Below are positions 35,261-46,826 of a stretch of DNA of 64,000 nt, in pieces. A program made the position numbers and the translations under genes. Source of the stretch: Callorhinchus milii. Lineage: Eukaryota. The stretch's first letter is position 1; the number at the start of each line of letters is the position of its first letter. Where the stretch lies: positions 54,314,001 through 54,378,000 of the forward strand of contig NW_024704742.1 of NCBI RefSeq assembly GCF_018977255.1, written 5' to 3'. Below the pieces are notes generated by a model. That model saw only the letters and a program-made list of their open reading frames with translations, searched no databases and had not been told where the DNA came from.

Positions 35261-35540
35261 CTGAAACGCTATCCTGCATGAAGAATGCAATGTAAGTACA
35301 ACACCTCCTAGATTAATGTCATCATTAACTATAGGTATAATTTCCTCTCTTCAGATGTAGATGTAGTTCCCTCTGTTCTTATATCTATTCATATCTTGTT
35401 TTCTCATACTTTTAACTATCAATCAAACTTCATGGTGAAGTGGGAAAAAAATGACAATTTGAAAGCAATTGATAAACGTTCTATCTATTTTGTTTCTTGC
35501 TGTTGAAAAAAATCAGAAGCTTTAGAATATATTGGTGAAT

Positions 35541-35596
35541 ATATAGCGCTGTCCCAGAGAGAAGTGCGCTATATAAATGCAAGTTGTTGTTGTTGT
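35541..35596 (+). mobile_element. Minimal L2-type 3' tail insertion
   Basis: GCGCTATATAAATGCAAG(TTG)n flanked by TGAAT direct repeats. Confidence 0.7.
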
Positions 35597-36371
35597 TGAA
35601 TCCCTGGTTCCATTTGACAGCAGAAGCAGGCTTTGTAAAATATATTTACTGCCTTATTCAAAGCACCAGTCTGCATCATTTTCTGCGTCATTAAGACTGG
35701 AGACAACTACTGGAGAAACGGAAACTACAGTAGCATTATTTTACATATTCCAAACATCAAATTGATAATATATGTAATGTCTATCAAGCACAGCATGTAA
35801 GAAATCAATTTTATGTTTTATAAGTGCACAATAATATGTACCGTTCTCTAACTGAGTTGATATTATTCCAAGCAAGAAGCATGAATTCCTTTTAAATGTC
35901 TGAACATGTTAAGATTTATACCATCAACTGAAGCTTGATTTGCTTTTCTGATTATTTTCATCCATAAACAGCTAAGGCATAAGAGTGTTTGTGTCTATAA
36001 TAATTGGATAATAAGTGATGTATAAGAATGTAAATCATAAAACACAAACTTTAAGATAAACAAACATAAAATATTCTTAATATGTTATTCATGTAGAAAC
36101 AAGAATAGACAGCACTACAATATTTGGATTAATGTAACCCCAGTTCAAATTGTATACTTGGATAATTTTGTCAAATAATTTCAATTACTTAGAAGTATAT
36201 AGAAGATATGTATGGGTTTACTTGTCATCTTTACTTTAGATTTCAATTTTTATTTGTTATCATTTTTTAAAAATTCCCATTACTGTGGCAGATAATTGTA
36301 GACGTTTGTGTCATCTTTAAATTAATTTATTATGGCACTTTATTTTTAGATCAAATTGAGCAAATTAATGT

Positions 36372-36890
36372 GAAAAATATAAATTGGTTATGGAGGCAGG
36401 GTGGGGCAAGACCGTGGTGGGCTCTAAACGTGAGGATGATTCTGAACTTGATCTTCTGGGGATCAGTGGAGGATACATGAGGATGAGGAGTGATAGGCTC
36501 ACAGAGCTTGGCGCAGGAGAGGACATGAGCTGCAGATTTACTGAATAATATGCATCTTGTGGAGGGAACAATTGGGAAGTCCAGAGAGCAGAGAGTTGGC
36601 AAAGCCAAGCCTGGATGAAAGCATGGATAAGGGGCTCAGTGGTTGCGAGGGAAAGGTAGTGGGAGAGGTGGGTAATGTTGCAGAGGTAGGGAAAGCTGAA
36701 TGAGTCAATACATGGATGTGGTATTTCAAGGACAGTTGAAAGTCGAACAAGACACCAAGGTTCTACACTGGCTCAGTAAGGTTATGAGTGCATCCATGTA
36801 TAGTGATGCTGTCAGCTCCTGAGGTGAGGAAATGCTGACAGGAGCCAAGCAGGAGGCCCAGTGTCTTGTTAATATTCAGCTGAAGAAAGT
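36372..36890 (-). mobile_element. L2 fragment (RT C-terminal region)
   Basis: rc of TTTCTTCAGCTGAATATTAACAAGAC; SRLGFANSLL-like translation. Confidence 0.8.
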
Positions 36891-36904
36891 CAGCAGCTGA
36901 AGAA

Positions 36905-37045
36905 ATGTTATTTCTTAACAGTGCCATTTAATTAGATTTTAATAATTATAAATTTGAACCGCTAGATCTCTTTGTTCATCTACCCCTCCTCATGCTCCCC
37001 CTGTCTTAAGTTTACTATCTCACACTTTGCCATGTTAAACTTCAT
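36905..37045 (-). mobile_element. CR1-like fragment paralogous to 35038-35180
   Basis: Direct alignment of the two segments. Confidence 0.65.
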
Positions 37046-37047
37046 CC

Positions 37048-37420
37048 AGTGTGGATCCCCTCAATTTTGGACCAGAGGAAGCCCAGCATCTCCTCACATT
37101 TTGAATTCGAGGAGAGGATGGAGAAGCATTGGAAGGTAAGCAGAGGAGCTGTTTTGTGGTAGAGAAGAGGAACTTGGAGTTTAGCTTCTCGGATGATCCT
37201 GATTTGAAGAATGATTTACAGTCCACTAGGTGGGTGACAGGTATCGGGAACTCCCTGCGAGCTTCCAGGTGGGCCACATAGCTCAGCATGAAATACATGA
37301 GAGCATTGCCACCATTTTCCTGTCCACAGCTCAGACCCGCATCCCTTCCCATTGAGCGATGGTTCCACCAGTTGGAGGTTCAGGGCTTGAGCAGCAGCTG
37401 CTTACCTCTCTGCAAACAAA
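37048..37420 (-). mobile_element. L2 fragment (region upstream of RT)
   Basis: rc resembles 10450-10525 (GTGAGGAGATGCTGG) and 22740-22970. Confidence 0.65.
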
Positions 37421-37589
37421 GGTTGGATTCCAAGCGTTGAATGTACAATCACCTTCATGTAGAGAAAAGTCTCAGAATGCTTTACAGCGACTGAGTTGGA
37501 CACTGAGGACAAGAGAGTGGGGTGGAGGAAAGGCTATTGGACCATTTGAAGAGGTAGGATGTGAGGGCAGATTTAAAAAGAGAGAATAG

Positions 37590-37899
37590 GAGTCCTGTAG
37601 CTCAGTGGTTAGAGCACTCGCTTTGCAAGTGAGAGACCCGAGTTCAATTCCAGGCAGGGCAAAACCTTGGGCAAGTTTCCTTACTCCACACGCCTAATAA
37701 TAATCCCTCCAAAAACCAAAAACAATAATAAATTGGTCATTTTCAATCTACGACTGTTTGTAGGACATTGCTGTGCGCAATTGGCTGCCGCGTTAGCCCA
37801 CAAATATACAGTCAATTCACTTTACAGTGTGTTCTGTGAAGCGCTTTGGGACGTCCTCCCGACGTGAAAAGCTCTATATCAAATGCAAGGATTATTATT
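37590..37899 (+). mobile_element. Young tRNA-Ala SINE
   Basis: Full head to tail; AATAG direct repeats at 37585-37589 and 37900-37904. Confidence 0.92.
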
Positions 37900-38809
37900 A
37901 ATAGTGCAAAGGTGTGGCGTTGGAATTAAAAGATCTGCTAATATCTAATAAATCAATGGAACAGGCTTGATGGGATGATGGAATCTTAGTTTTTGGAATG
38001 AGTAACTTGCAAGTTCTGAATATGAATGTGTGGTGAATCAATCCCAAGGTGTGCATATATGATTTTCCTGGTCTCTAACTGGAAAGGAGAGCTGCTATTG
38101 TTATCACACTTGCAGAGATAAATGGGTGCAAATTTACAGTGAGCACTGTGCATTTCTAGCCTTTGGCAATGTTGGCTAGTGATGGGATTTCCCACTGTAG
38201 TACAGCTCAATGGAATTTTTAAATGAAAAGAAAAAAACATTAACACTGGAAATTGAAAATAAATTCTGCCAAGCTGGAAATGAAGAGTTAGTTGATTAGC
38301 ATTTGAATAAGTAAGAGAGGTTAGAAAGGGAATCATCGCAATGGGGAAGTGACTTTGAGGAATGAGGAGGGCAAAGTAGAACTACAGCAAAGTAGAGCAA
38401 GAAAACAAAGATATGAGGAAGACATCAAAAGTATCAAATACATTCACAAACATGCAAATAAGTATCATCACTTATTGTGTTGGAAGGTTATACAAGAGGT
38501 TCACAAATCTCCATGGACTTAGCCTTTACTCTGAACATTTAAGATTATGTAGAATTTTGGAAATCTCTTTTGTTTTTTAGAAGCTGTAGTAAAATGGTTT
38601 CCAAGTTAAGAGTGAATGTACCAATGTTACAAAATTCTGCACAATGTTAAGTTTTAAGCCAATTGTCTTCAGGCTAAAATAGTCAGGACTTTCTCAGCCT
38701 GTGGAATATAGATAGACAGATACTTGGGTAGTGAAGTAAAGACAAAGTGCTTCACAGGATATACTGTAATGTTTTGTGACCGTATATTTTGTAGGCTAGC
38801 ATTGCATCT

Positions 38810-38980
38810 ATAATAATAATAACCCTTGCACCTTATCACATGTTTGAGACGTTTCAAACCGCTTCACAGATTATACTGCAAAGTAAACAATCATGGATTG
38901 AGTGACCAAATTATTCTTTTTTTAAAAAAAATTGAAGGGATTATTACCCTTCAAAGTGATCCACCAACTGACTAACAACC
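38810..38980 (-). mobile_element. Fragment of the long (linker-containing) SINE variant
   Basis: SINE tail rc plus AAAGTGATCCACCAACTGACTAACAACC, which matches 60718-60746. Confidence 0.65.
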
Positions 38981-39859
38981 TATGAGATAATAATAATAAT
39001 AATAACCTATGAGATAACTCGTTCTTCAAATGATCAAAAAAATGCAAAATCTAGAATTGTTATTTTTATTTTTCCTTGAATAAAAATGTGCAGATCTGCA
39101 TATGTGCAGCTCTGAGCCTATCAAAATGGAGTGAAATGGTACTTTCATCAAATTCCTGAGTAAAAAAATACAGTACTTCAATTAATTCAATTTAATTGCG
39201 GAATGAGAACTATTAGACTGCAAAAAATCAAACTCCAAGGATTACTTTTTGATCACATATCATGAATATCTGAAGGACCTAATCTTCTTGCCTTCACATT
39301 ACATTTGAAAGATGACTGGGGGAAATTCACTAGCTGGGAATGAAAATAACACTTTCTTACACAGAAACAGCAGTAAGTGTGATTCAATATTCTCATTAAA
39401 GAGAATGTTCATGTTGTGCAGTGGTGCTTTTATGTTTGCATTCAATGACAAATATTCAAATCACTTGGATAACATTTCTGGTCTAAAGTAAGAAAAAAGT
39501 TTTGTGTTTCATTAATACTTTATTTGTTTACCCTTCAATATTTTGGGGGAAAATAGCTCATTTTTTTGTACTTTAATTCTTGGTGGGCTTAAGAAAGTAA
39601 AGTGAGGTGTAACATTTTCTTTATTTTACCTGGAGAAAAGCAACATATTTTATATTTGTGTAAACTTAGTAGCCCTGTAATTCTGAATCTGAACAGCAAC
39701 ATAATAAATAGCAGAGTGAATATAAGGCTATGGTTTAATCTTGTGGATCAGATGATGTCTATAAAATACTTCATCTCATGGTTTATCTGAATACTTCAGT
39801 AAAATTTTTGTTTTATTGCTTCCTTTCGATCATCTACACATATGTAAGGATTGTTGGAC

Positions 39860-40168
39860 GCGCCATCCTTTCAATGAAATGTCAAACCTTGGTCAATTCT
39901 GTCAGTTTGGATGGACTTTAAAGATCCCATAGCACTATTCAAAAAGAGAAGGGAGTTTCCCCAGGTGTCCTATCCAATAATCTCCGAAATAAAATCAGTC
40001 AATCACTCCATGGCCATTTGTGGAACACTGCAGTGCCAAATTGGCTGCTGTGTTTGTGCACAAAAAATACAGTCCCCTCACTTTACACTATATCATGTGA
40101 ACTGCTTTGAGGTGTCCTTCTGATGTGAAAGGTGCTACATCAATTTAAGAATTATTGGTTTATTATAT
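39860..40168 (+). mobile_element. DeuSINE partial
   Basis: GGACTTTAAAGATCCCATAGCACTATTC...GTGAAAGGTGCTAC. Confidence 0.78.
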
Positions 40169-41049
40169 TTTTAACATCCCTACTGTCATAAGACAATCTG
40201 GGATCAGATTTTCTATTTGAAAAATATGGCTCAGTTTTGCAATGTGTGGCTGTCTTGTAGCAAACTGCAGACTTTGTGTTCTCAGATACTATTGGCATGC
40301 ATTGCAATAGCTCTGTTTTGAATATTATTGAATATTAACACCAACCACTTGAATTTGCCCAGCAGTATTAATGGGTTTCCATAAGATATAAATTAAAACA
40401 GACCTCATGAAAATCACTAAAGATGTCAAAGTCACAACGACTTTCACTAACCTCCGTTTTCAGCCAGAATTGTTCAATAAAGTCTCTGAAATACAAGGCT
40501 TTTTTTTAATTTACTTCAGTGGTTGCAATAAAAATGAAATTGTGCACAACATTTGCTACAATCATTTGTTAGCCCTGTCAAATAAAATGTTTCTATCTTA
40601 TTGCATTGCTGTAGTCTTTAGAACTCTGTTGCAGTAGAGGTCGCAGAGGAAGCAAACTGAGTTAGTTTATTGTGTGCCAAACGCTATCAACTCTGTTTTA
40701 TTATATAGTGCGTTCCCTAGCTCAGATAAGACCACCTTAGTGGTGCAGTGATAAATTTACTGTTTGGCCATTATTTTAAATATAAATTTGGAAACAAAGC
40801 CAGGAAGGCATTTATTTGTGTGATGTTATTGGATTTTTAAAAATAACTGTAATCCTTGGGAAAAAAATAGCTATATAGTTCTTATATTTACCAATGTTGA
40901 CCACAATGTTTTCTCCCCATCAAAATTCTACCTGGGTCGAGATTTACTCCACTTGTATAATCTTAAGAGTGCCCAAATTGTTGAATTCAGTCTTAACTCT
41001 GAAGTCATTTTTCTTCGTCCAAAAGAAACTCCAGAAAAACAGCTTCAAA

Positions 41050-41160
41050 ATAATAATAATAATCCTTGCATTTGATATAGCACCTTGTCAAGTCTTCTAG
41101 GTGGCTCAAAGCGCTTCACAGAATATACTGTGAAGTTAATTGACTGTATATTTTGGGCCA
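41050..41160 (-). mobile_element. SINE 3' tail fragment
   Basis: TAATAATAATAATCCTTGCATTTGATATAG...AAGCGCTTCACAG. Confidence 0.75.
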
Positions 41161-41197
41161 AAAATAGATTATGTATTTAAGAATTTGTCAAATTCTC

Positions 41198-42005
41198 AAT
41201 AATAATGATCTTTGCATTTGATTTCATTCTGGGAGGACATCTCAAAGCACTTCACAGGAAATCCTGTAAAGTGTAGTGACTGTGTACTTTGTAGGAAAAA
41301 ACAGCCGTCAATTTGCACACAGGCAATGCCCATGACGTGAGTAACCAATTTTATTTGGGAGATTGTTGACCAGGATCACGAGGGAAATTCCCTTCTCTTC
41401 TCTTTTCAAATAGTGCCAAGAGATCTTTAATGTCCACCTGAACAGATAGACAGGGCCTGAGTTTAATATCTCAGCTGAAGGCCAGCATCTCCAACAATAC
41501 AGAATTGATTTCAAGATCCTTGCACTCGCCTTTAAATCTCTTCATACCCTGGCACATCCCTACCTTTCTGACCTGCTTACTCCACAATCCAGTATCTGTT
41601 GCCTTCACTTGACTGGCTCTGGCCTGCTGCTCATTCCTCCCGTTCCACCATCGGTGGCCACACTTTCAGCCACTACACCCCGGAACTCTGGAACACTCTT
41701 CATCAATCCCTCCATCTTGCCGCTTCCTTCTCCATGTTCAGGTCATGCCTGAAGACCTTCCTCTTCAATTGTGATTACGGTCACTTCCCCCCTCCCTCTG
41801 GCTTGGGGTTGTGCTCCACCACTGTCGAGCACTTCGGGATGCTATCCTGAGTGAGGCGACTATATAAATGTAAGTTGTTGTTGTTGTACAGTGCACTCCC
41901 AACACTGTATTGAATATCAGCCTGCACTGTGCTTTTAGAGTCCCAAGGTAGGGCTTGAACCCACATTCTTCTGATATCGGGGCAAGAGTGCTACCAACGG
42001 AGCCG
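41198..42005 (-). mobile_element. DeuSINE split by an L2 insertion (41503-41886)
   Basis: Tail and Deu rc at 41198-41502, head rc at 41892-42005; TACAG repeated at 41498-41502 and 41887-41891. Confidence 0.8.
41503..41886 (+). mobile_element. L2 3' end
   Basis: AATTGATTTCAAGATCCTT...CTGAAGACCTTCCTCTTC...(TTG)n. Confidence 0.85.
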
Positions 42006-42869
42006 GGTTGACATTGATAGTAATTTTCATTTTGCGGAGAAAACACAGTACCATGATGGTAATTGTTGGATCCAACAGTAAAGAAGTATCAATACCAGGT
42101 CTTTCAAAGTATAAATCTACCAGCGTATTTCTATACAAGATAACAAGAATGGCATTAAAAAATTTACTAGTTCTTCTGCCCCATGAGAACTTTATTTCAA
42201 GCACTTGAGTTGGTACAGCAAAAGTAACTTAGTATTAAAGAGTAACTATTATTCTTTAATGTGAGAATCCATATACTGTGTCACATGTATAGGACACACA
42301 GTCTTTGCTTGGTCCTCAACCATAACCTAATAACTCTCAGGAGCAGCAGTGTAGGCAAACTATCAGCCTATGAGTGAGTCCATGTCGAATGTAATCACTG
42401 TGAACTGCAGGTTCATCACAACATAGTACTGTAGTACTGTAATTCTTTATGACTCACTTGCCACTTCTTCAGCTTTAGTGAACATAACTTTGTGAGCACA
42501 AGACAGGAAGTGCCTGCAACTTGAAATTCCTCTCTAAAATGCCATAAAAGTCACCAGCAATCACAACAACTGTCTCTACGTTGTCCTAACAGATCAGCCA
42601 ACAACCAGATAAGATCTACCCTGGAATCCTTCAGGAAATGAGAAAGAAAATATATTTGTTAGCATGCTGTATTTAGAATGTTAAGTAAGAAAAGGAGCTG
42701 CACTTCAGAATTATTCAATTTTCAGAATTATTTTATTAGCTGCTATCAAGGATACAGTAATCCTTGTCATTGATAATACCTTTCGTATTGGAAGGACATC
42801 ACAAAGCCCTTGACAAGATTTATTGTAAAGTGTAGTGGATGTGTATTTTGAAACACATGTATCAGTTAA

Positions 42870-43095
42870 TATTATTTATATATCACCTTTTAAATCAGGA
42901 GGACATCTCAATGTGCTTCATAGAATCAACTGGTAGTGCAAGGTTGGGGTGGGGGAGCTGTAGGAAGTTGGGATGGAAAGGTGTCCAAAAGTGCAGTTGA
43001 AAGGAAAGTTCTACAGATGGACTTTAAAGGTGGGAAGGGAGGGGACAAGGCAAAGAGACTCCAGGATGGAGTTCTGGAGAACAAGGCCAGAACAG
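42870..43095 (-). mobile_element. L2 3' end, degenerate
   Basis: GGAGTTCTGGAG and GCAGTTGAAAGGAAAGTTC, plus tail rc. Confidence 0.6.
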
Positions 43096-43136
43096 TGGAA
43101 ATCTTGAATGGGGTGCTAAATCAGCTATAGAGAATC

Positions 43137-43281
43137 AAACACATGTCAGGGTTGAACAGAACAGTAACAAAGCATCACCAGGTTTAATATGACCAGGTGT
43201 AACTCTTTCCAGCAGTACACAGAAAAAATTTGAACCTGGTGGTGCAAAAAATTATGTTTTGTTCAACTCTGAACTGTGTTT
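43137..43281. repeat. Inverted repeat (~50-bp arms, ~40-bp spacer), MITE-like
   Basis: Left arm AAACACATGTCAGGGTTGAACAGAACA...GCATCACCAGGTTTAA; rc of the right arm AAACACAGTTCAGAGTTGAACAAAACA...GCACCACCAGGTTCAA. Confidence 0.8.
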
Positions 43282-43689
43282 AAAACTTTAAAGACTCCCC
43301 CCATTTCCTGAACACTGTTTACTTGCACCCCACCTCACTACCACTACCATTCATCCATGCTTTGAATGAATAACCAAGAAGGTAGAATAGAATAAGATTT
43401 CGAGGTACGGAGATGTTGTCAGGAGCCTTGCAAGATAGTTCTAGTCTTGTTTACATCGAGCTGAAGGAAGTAAAATAAAGCAGATAAAATGTAAGAATGT
43501 TCCCCATGTGAGAATTTTAAGATGGTTAAAACTCAATGAATTAATGCCAAATTAACGAGCTGGATTGAAAACTGGCTGATTTTCTGTTGGATCTTTTGGG
43601 TACTGCAGACAATCAGCTTCCAAATGAAGACCTAATTTCAGACGGTTTTCCAGATGTAAACTTGAGAACATCAGAAATGTTGTGTCCCA

Positions 43690-43880
43690 ACTGAGAGTAG
43701 GAACAATTTGGAGCCCAGGCTAAGAGCCTCAATGGTTATATCTTCCATGGTTGAATGGCTTGTCAACAATTACTGCCCAGGCTCAATGGTAGAATGGTCA
43801 CTTTGGCAAGATATTAGGTAACATCCATGGAACTGTATCTCAGCATGAGGCAGTGTTTTCATATGAAGAGGAATGAAAAG
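43690..43880 (+). mobile_element. AmnSINE2-like ancient SINE 3' part
   Basis: GGTTGAATGGCTTGTCAACA...GGCTC...AGAATGGTCACTTTGG...CCATGGAACTGTATCTCAGCATGAG resembles the AmnSINE2 3' region as I recall it. Confidence 0.45.
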
Positions 43881-44489
43881 TGATTCTGAGCTAATTAAAT
43901 GTACAGAGTAAAGAATGATGATTCCTGTTGCCAGCTGTTTCAATGCTCTGAGACCCTACCCTGCAGGAATGGCAATATTTCAATGCAACTTGTTGTTGTA
44001 CAATATATATCTGAAGCATAAGTGTCCAAACATAGAACTTGTATCCCAAAATGCAAAACCATGGAGCAGACACAAGGTCTGACCATAGAATAGAAATAAC
44101 TGCATTCATAGTATGGAACACCATTGGTGTTCATTGTTGTTTGTGCTCAGTTGGAAAATAATTTACAGCTTTAACTGCTAGCAAATCTCTGGAGCAATTT
44201 TCCTTTGGCAACACTGAAATAATGACATTGCACAGTAGTTTTCTCCTGCTTAATCCGGAGCTGTAAATTAATTCATTACATGAATGGCAGACTCTTCAGA
44301 ATTAAGGCTTGATTTGCCATCGTTTTTATATTGTTGCTTCCAATAAAGCTCTTAGTGTTCAGGCAGCAGCCTGTATCTGAATTTCGTTCACCAAAGGCTG
44401 AAGTTGCCTGTAGCCACTCATTGGCCTTGCTGAGTGCCAGTTTCTAGGATACCATCTCAAATCTATTTTTGTTTTGTTAAGCAATTTGA

Positions 44490-44900
44490 ATCAGTTCACA
44501 GCACTCTCACCTCTGAGTCAGAAGGTTATGGGTTTAGGCACCACATCGGGACTTTGAACTAATTGTCTATGCTGACACATGAGTGCAGTACTGACAGTGT
44601 GCTGCATCTTTGGAGGTGCCATCCTTCAGATGAGACATTAAACCGAGACACTATCTCTCTGTTTGAATAGGCATTAAAGATCCTATAGTATAATTCGAAA
44701 AGAAACAGGTGTTTCTCTCAGTATTCTGGCCAACATTGCCCATATAAAATTGATTGTTCACTTCACAACTGTGTGTGGGACATTGTTGCGTGCAAGTCAG
44801 CTGCTGCAGTCACCCACAAAATATACTTATTCTACTAATTATGTGCAGTGTTTTGAGTTTTCCTCCTAATGGGAAAGGTGATGGGTCAAATGTAGGAATT
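44490..44900 (+). mobile_element. DeuSINE, near full length
   Basis: GCACTCTCACCTCTGAGTCAGAAGG...CAGATGAGACATTAAACCGAG. Confidence 0.82.
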
Positions 44901-45039
44901 TTTTTTTAAAACCACTGGGGCACCAGTGGGAACTGGTGCCCCATAGGCTCAGAAGCCGAACAGTGGCTATCATTGTGATTAAATTGGAGGGGAGGAAGGG
45001 GTTCAAATGAAGTTGCTATCTCTGAAGTGTTCCCAGCGA

Positions 45040-45088
45040 CTTCTGTTTTTGTTTCAGATTTCCAGCATCTGCAGTATTTTGCGTTTTA
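45040..45088 (+). mobile_element. Short fragment of a Penelope-like chondrichthyan repeat
   Basis: TTCTGTTTTGTTTCAGATTTCCAGCATCTGCAGTATTTTGC matches, from recall, an abundant shark Penelope pseudo-LTR segment. Confidence 0.45.
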
Positions 45089-45139
45089 TAATAATCCTTG
45101 CATTTGATGCAGTGCCTTATCAAGTCATTGAGATTTCTA

Positions 45140-45300
45140 AAACAACAACAAATTGCATTTATACAGCTGCCATCATGTGGGATAGCATCTCAGAGCACTT
45201 AACATTGGAGGAGCCAGGGAGTGAGGGGAAGTGATCGAAGGCACAGTTGAAGAAGAAGAGCAAGATCTTCAGGTGTGATCTGAAGATGATTGAGGGGATC
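45140..45300 (-). mobile_element. L2 3' end
   Basis: ACAACAACAAATTGCATTTATA...GCACAGTTGAAGAAGAAG...GATCTTCAGG. Confidence 0.7.
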
Positions 45301-46093
45301 AATGTGAATATTCCACACATTGAATAATTTCTTTCCATGCTAACATTTGTCTGTTGATGCTGACTCAGCAATGACAATAGTACCTGAGGTTCAGTAGCAC
45401 AGCCAGTGTTCATATTGGTCTGCAAAAGAAACCCACCTCATCCTCGATCATTTTGGAAAAATAATCTGGTTTGAATATATATGTTGGCTAGTAACTGATG
45501 AGAAGTATGTTTCTATTATGAAAGGAAGTCATTTTAAACACTGCTGTTTTCACAGAAAGTGAACATCAGTTTGCTAAAATTAAGCCTCATATTGCCAATC
45601 CTGCAGAGCTTTGGTTTCATTCTCCCTGCTTCACTGATTTACACTGTCATGTTCTTATTGATTGTGACCTTTCTAAGCCATGAGGTACAGCTCATCTCAA
45701 AACAGATGGAGTTGAACCAGTTTGAAATAAAGGTCTCTCAGGTTGAAAATGATAATTACATTTGACCTTGCATGGAAGGAGTCCACAAATACATGGGTTC
45801 ATGCTGCATGTAATTCAACAATTTGCATCATGATGAATAAATGTCAACTACTATCCCCTTAATTTACAAGGACAAATGTATTTGAAAGTTGAAATATTAT
45901 GGAGTGAAAAATTTGATGCTCATAACATATCACATCAAATCTGAAGCATTACATTTTCACTCCTATAAGTTTACTTGTAAGATCTATTCTGTAATGTACA
46001 CCATAAATAGTAACATTCTTAATGGGGCTGGTTTAAATGAAATCCTCACAAACATGAAAAGTGCTATATAAATGTAATGCTATTGTTGTTGTT

Positions 46094-46500
46094 CAGCCTG
46101 GCTCAGTTGGCAGCACTCTCCCCTCTGAGTCAGAAGGTTGTGGGTTCAAGCCTCACGTCGAATCTTGGAAATCATGTAGTCCAAGATGATACCCCAAAGC
46201 AGTGCTGCGGGTACACTACGTAGTGGGACATGCCTTCCTTCAGATGAGACATTAAACTGAGATTCCATCTGCCTGTTCAGGTGGGTGTTAAAGATCCCAT
46301 GGCACTGTTCGAAAAGAGAAGTTTCTCTCGGTGTGCTGGCCAACAATCCCCCAAATAAAATTGGATGTTTCATGGCTGTTTGTGGGACATTGCTTTGCAT
46401 AAATAGCCTCCCACATTATCCATGAAACACAGTCACTACACTTTACAGTAAATAATGTGAAGTACTTTGAGATGACCCCCAACGTGAAAGTCACTTTACC
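46094..46500 (+). mobile_element. DeuSINE, full length
   Basis: GGCTCAGTTGGCAGCACTCTCCCCTCTGAGTCAGAAGGTTGTGGGTTCAAG; Deu domain AAAGATCCCATGGCACTGTTCGAAAAGAG. Confidence 0.88.
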
Positions 46501-46505
46501 AGAAG

Positions 46506-46826
46506 TAATATAATAATAATACTTGCATTTGATATAGCGCTTTTCACGTCGGGAGGATGTCCTAAAGCGCTTCACAGAATATACTGTAAAATGAATTGAC
46601 TGTATATTTGTGGGCGAATGCGGCAGCCAATTGCGCACAGCAATGTCCCACAAACAGTCGTAGATTGAAAATTACAAATTTATTATTGTTTTTTTGGTTT
46701 TTGGAGGGATTATTATTAGGCGTGTGGAGTAAGGAAACTTGCCCAAGGTTTCGCCCTGCCTGGAATTGAACTCGGGTCTCTCGCTTGCAAAGCGAATGCT
46801 CTAACCATTGAGCTACAGGACTCCAC
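46506..46826 (-). mobile_element. Young tRNA-Ala SINE, full length
   Basis: rc of the family consensus, inserted in the DeuSINE tail. Confidence 0.92.

Noticed and set aside
37590..37662. tRNA-Ala(TGC) genes at the SINE heads
   Set aside because: Each continues into a shared SINE body and tail, and the T and acceptor stems are imperfect; these are SINEs, not tRNA genes
43395..43490. Minus-strand acceptor and exon-like segment
   Set aside because: The sequence is a decayed L2 piece (CTTCAGCTCGATGTAAACAAGACT)
45384..45419. 36-nt minus-strand exon candidate (TNMNTGCATEPQ)
   Set aside because: Weak donor GTACTA and an unrecognised peptide; expected by chance in 64 kb
45556..45684. 129-nt open, hydrophobic exon-like segment on +
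   Set aside because: Mediocre donor (GTACAG), no recognisable protein, and T-rich DNA yields hydrophobic translations by chance
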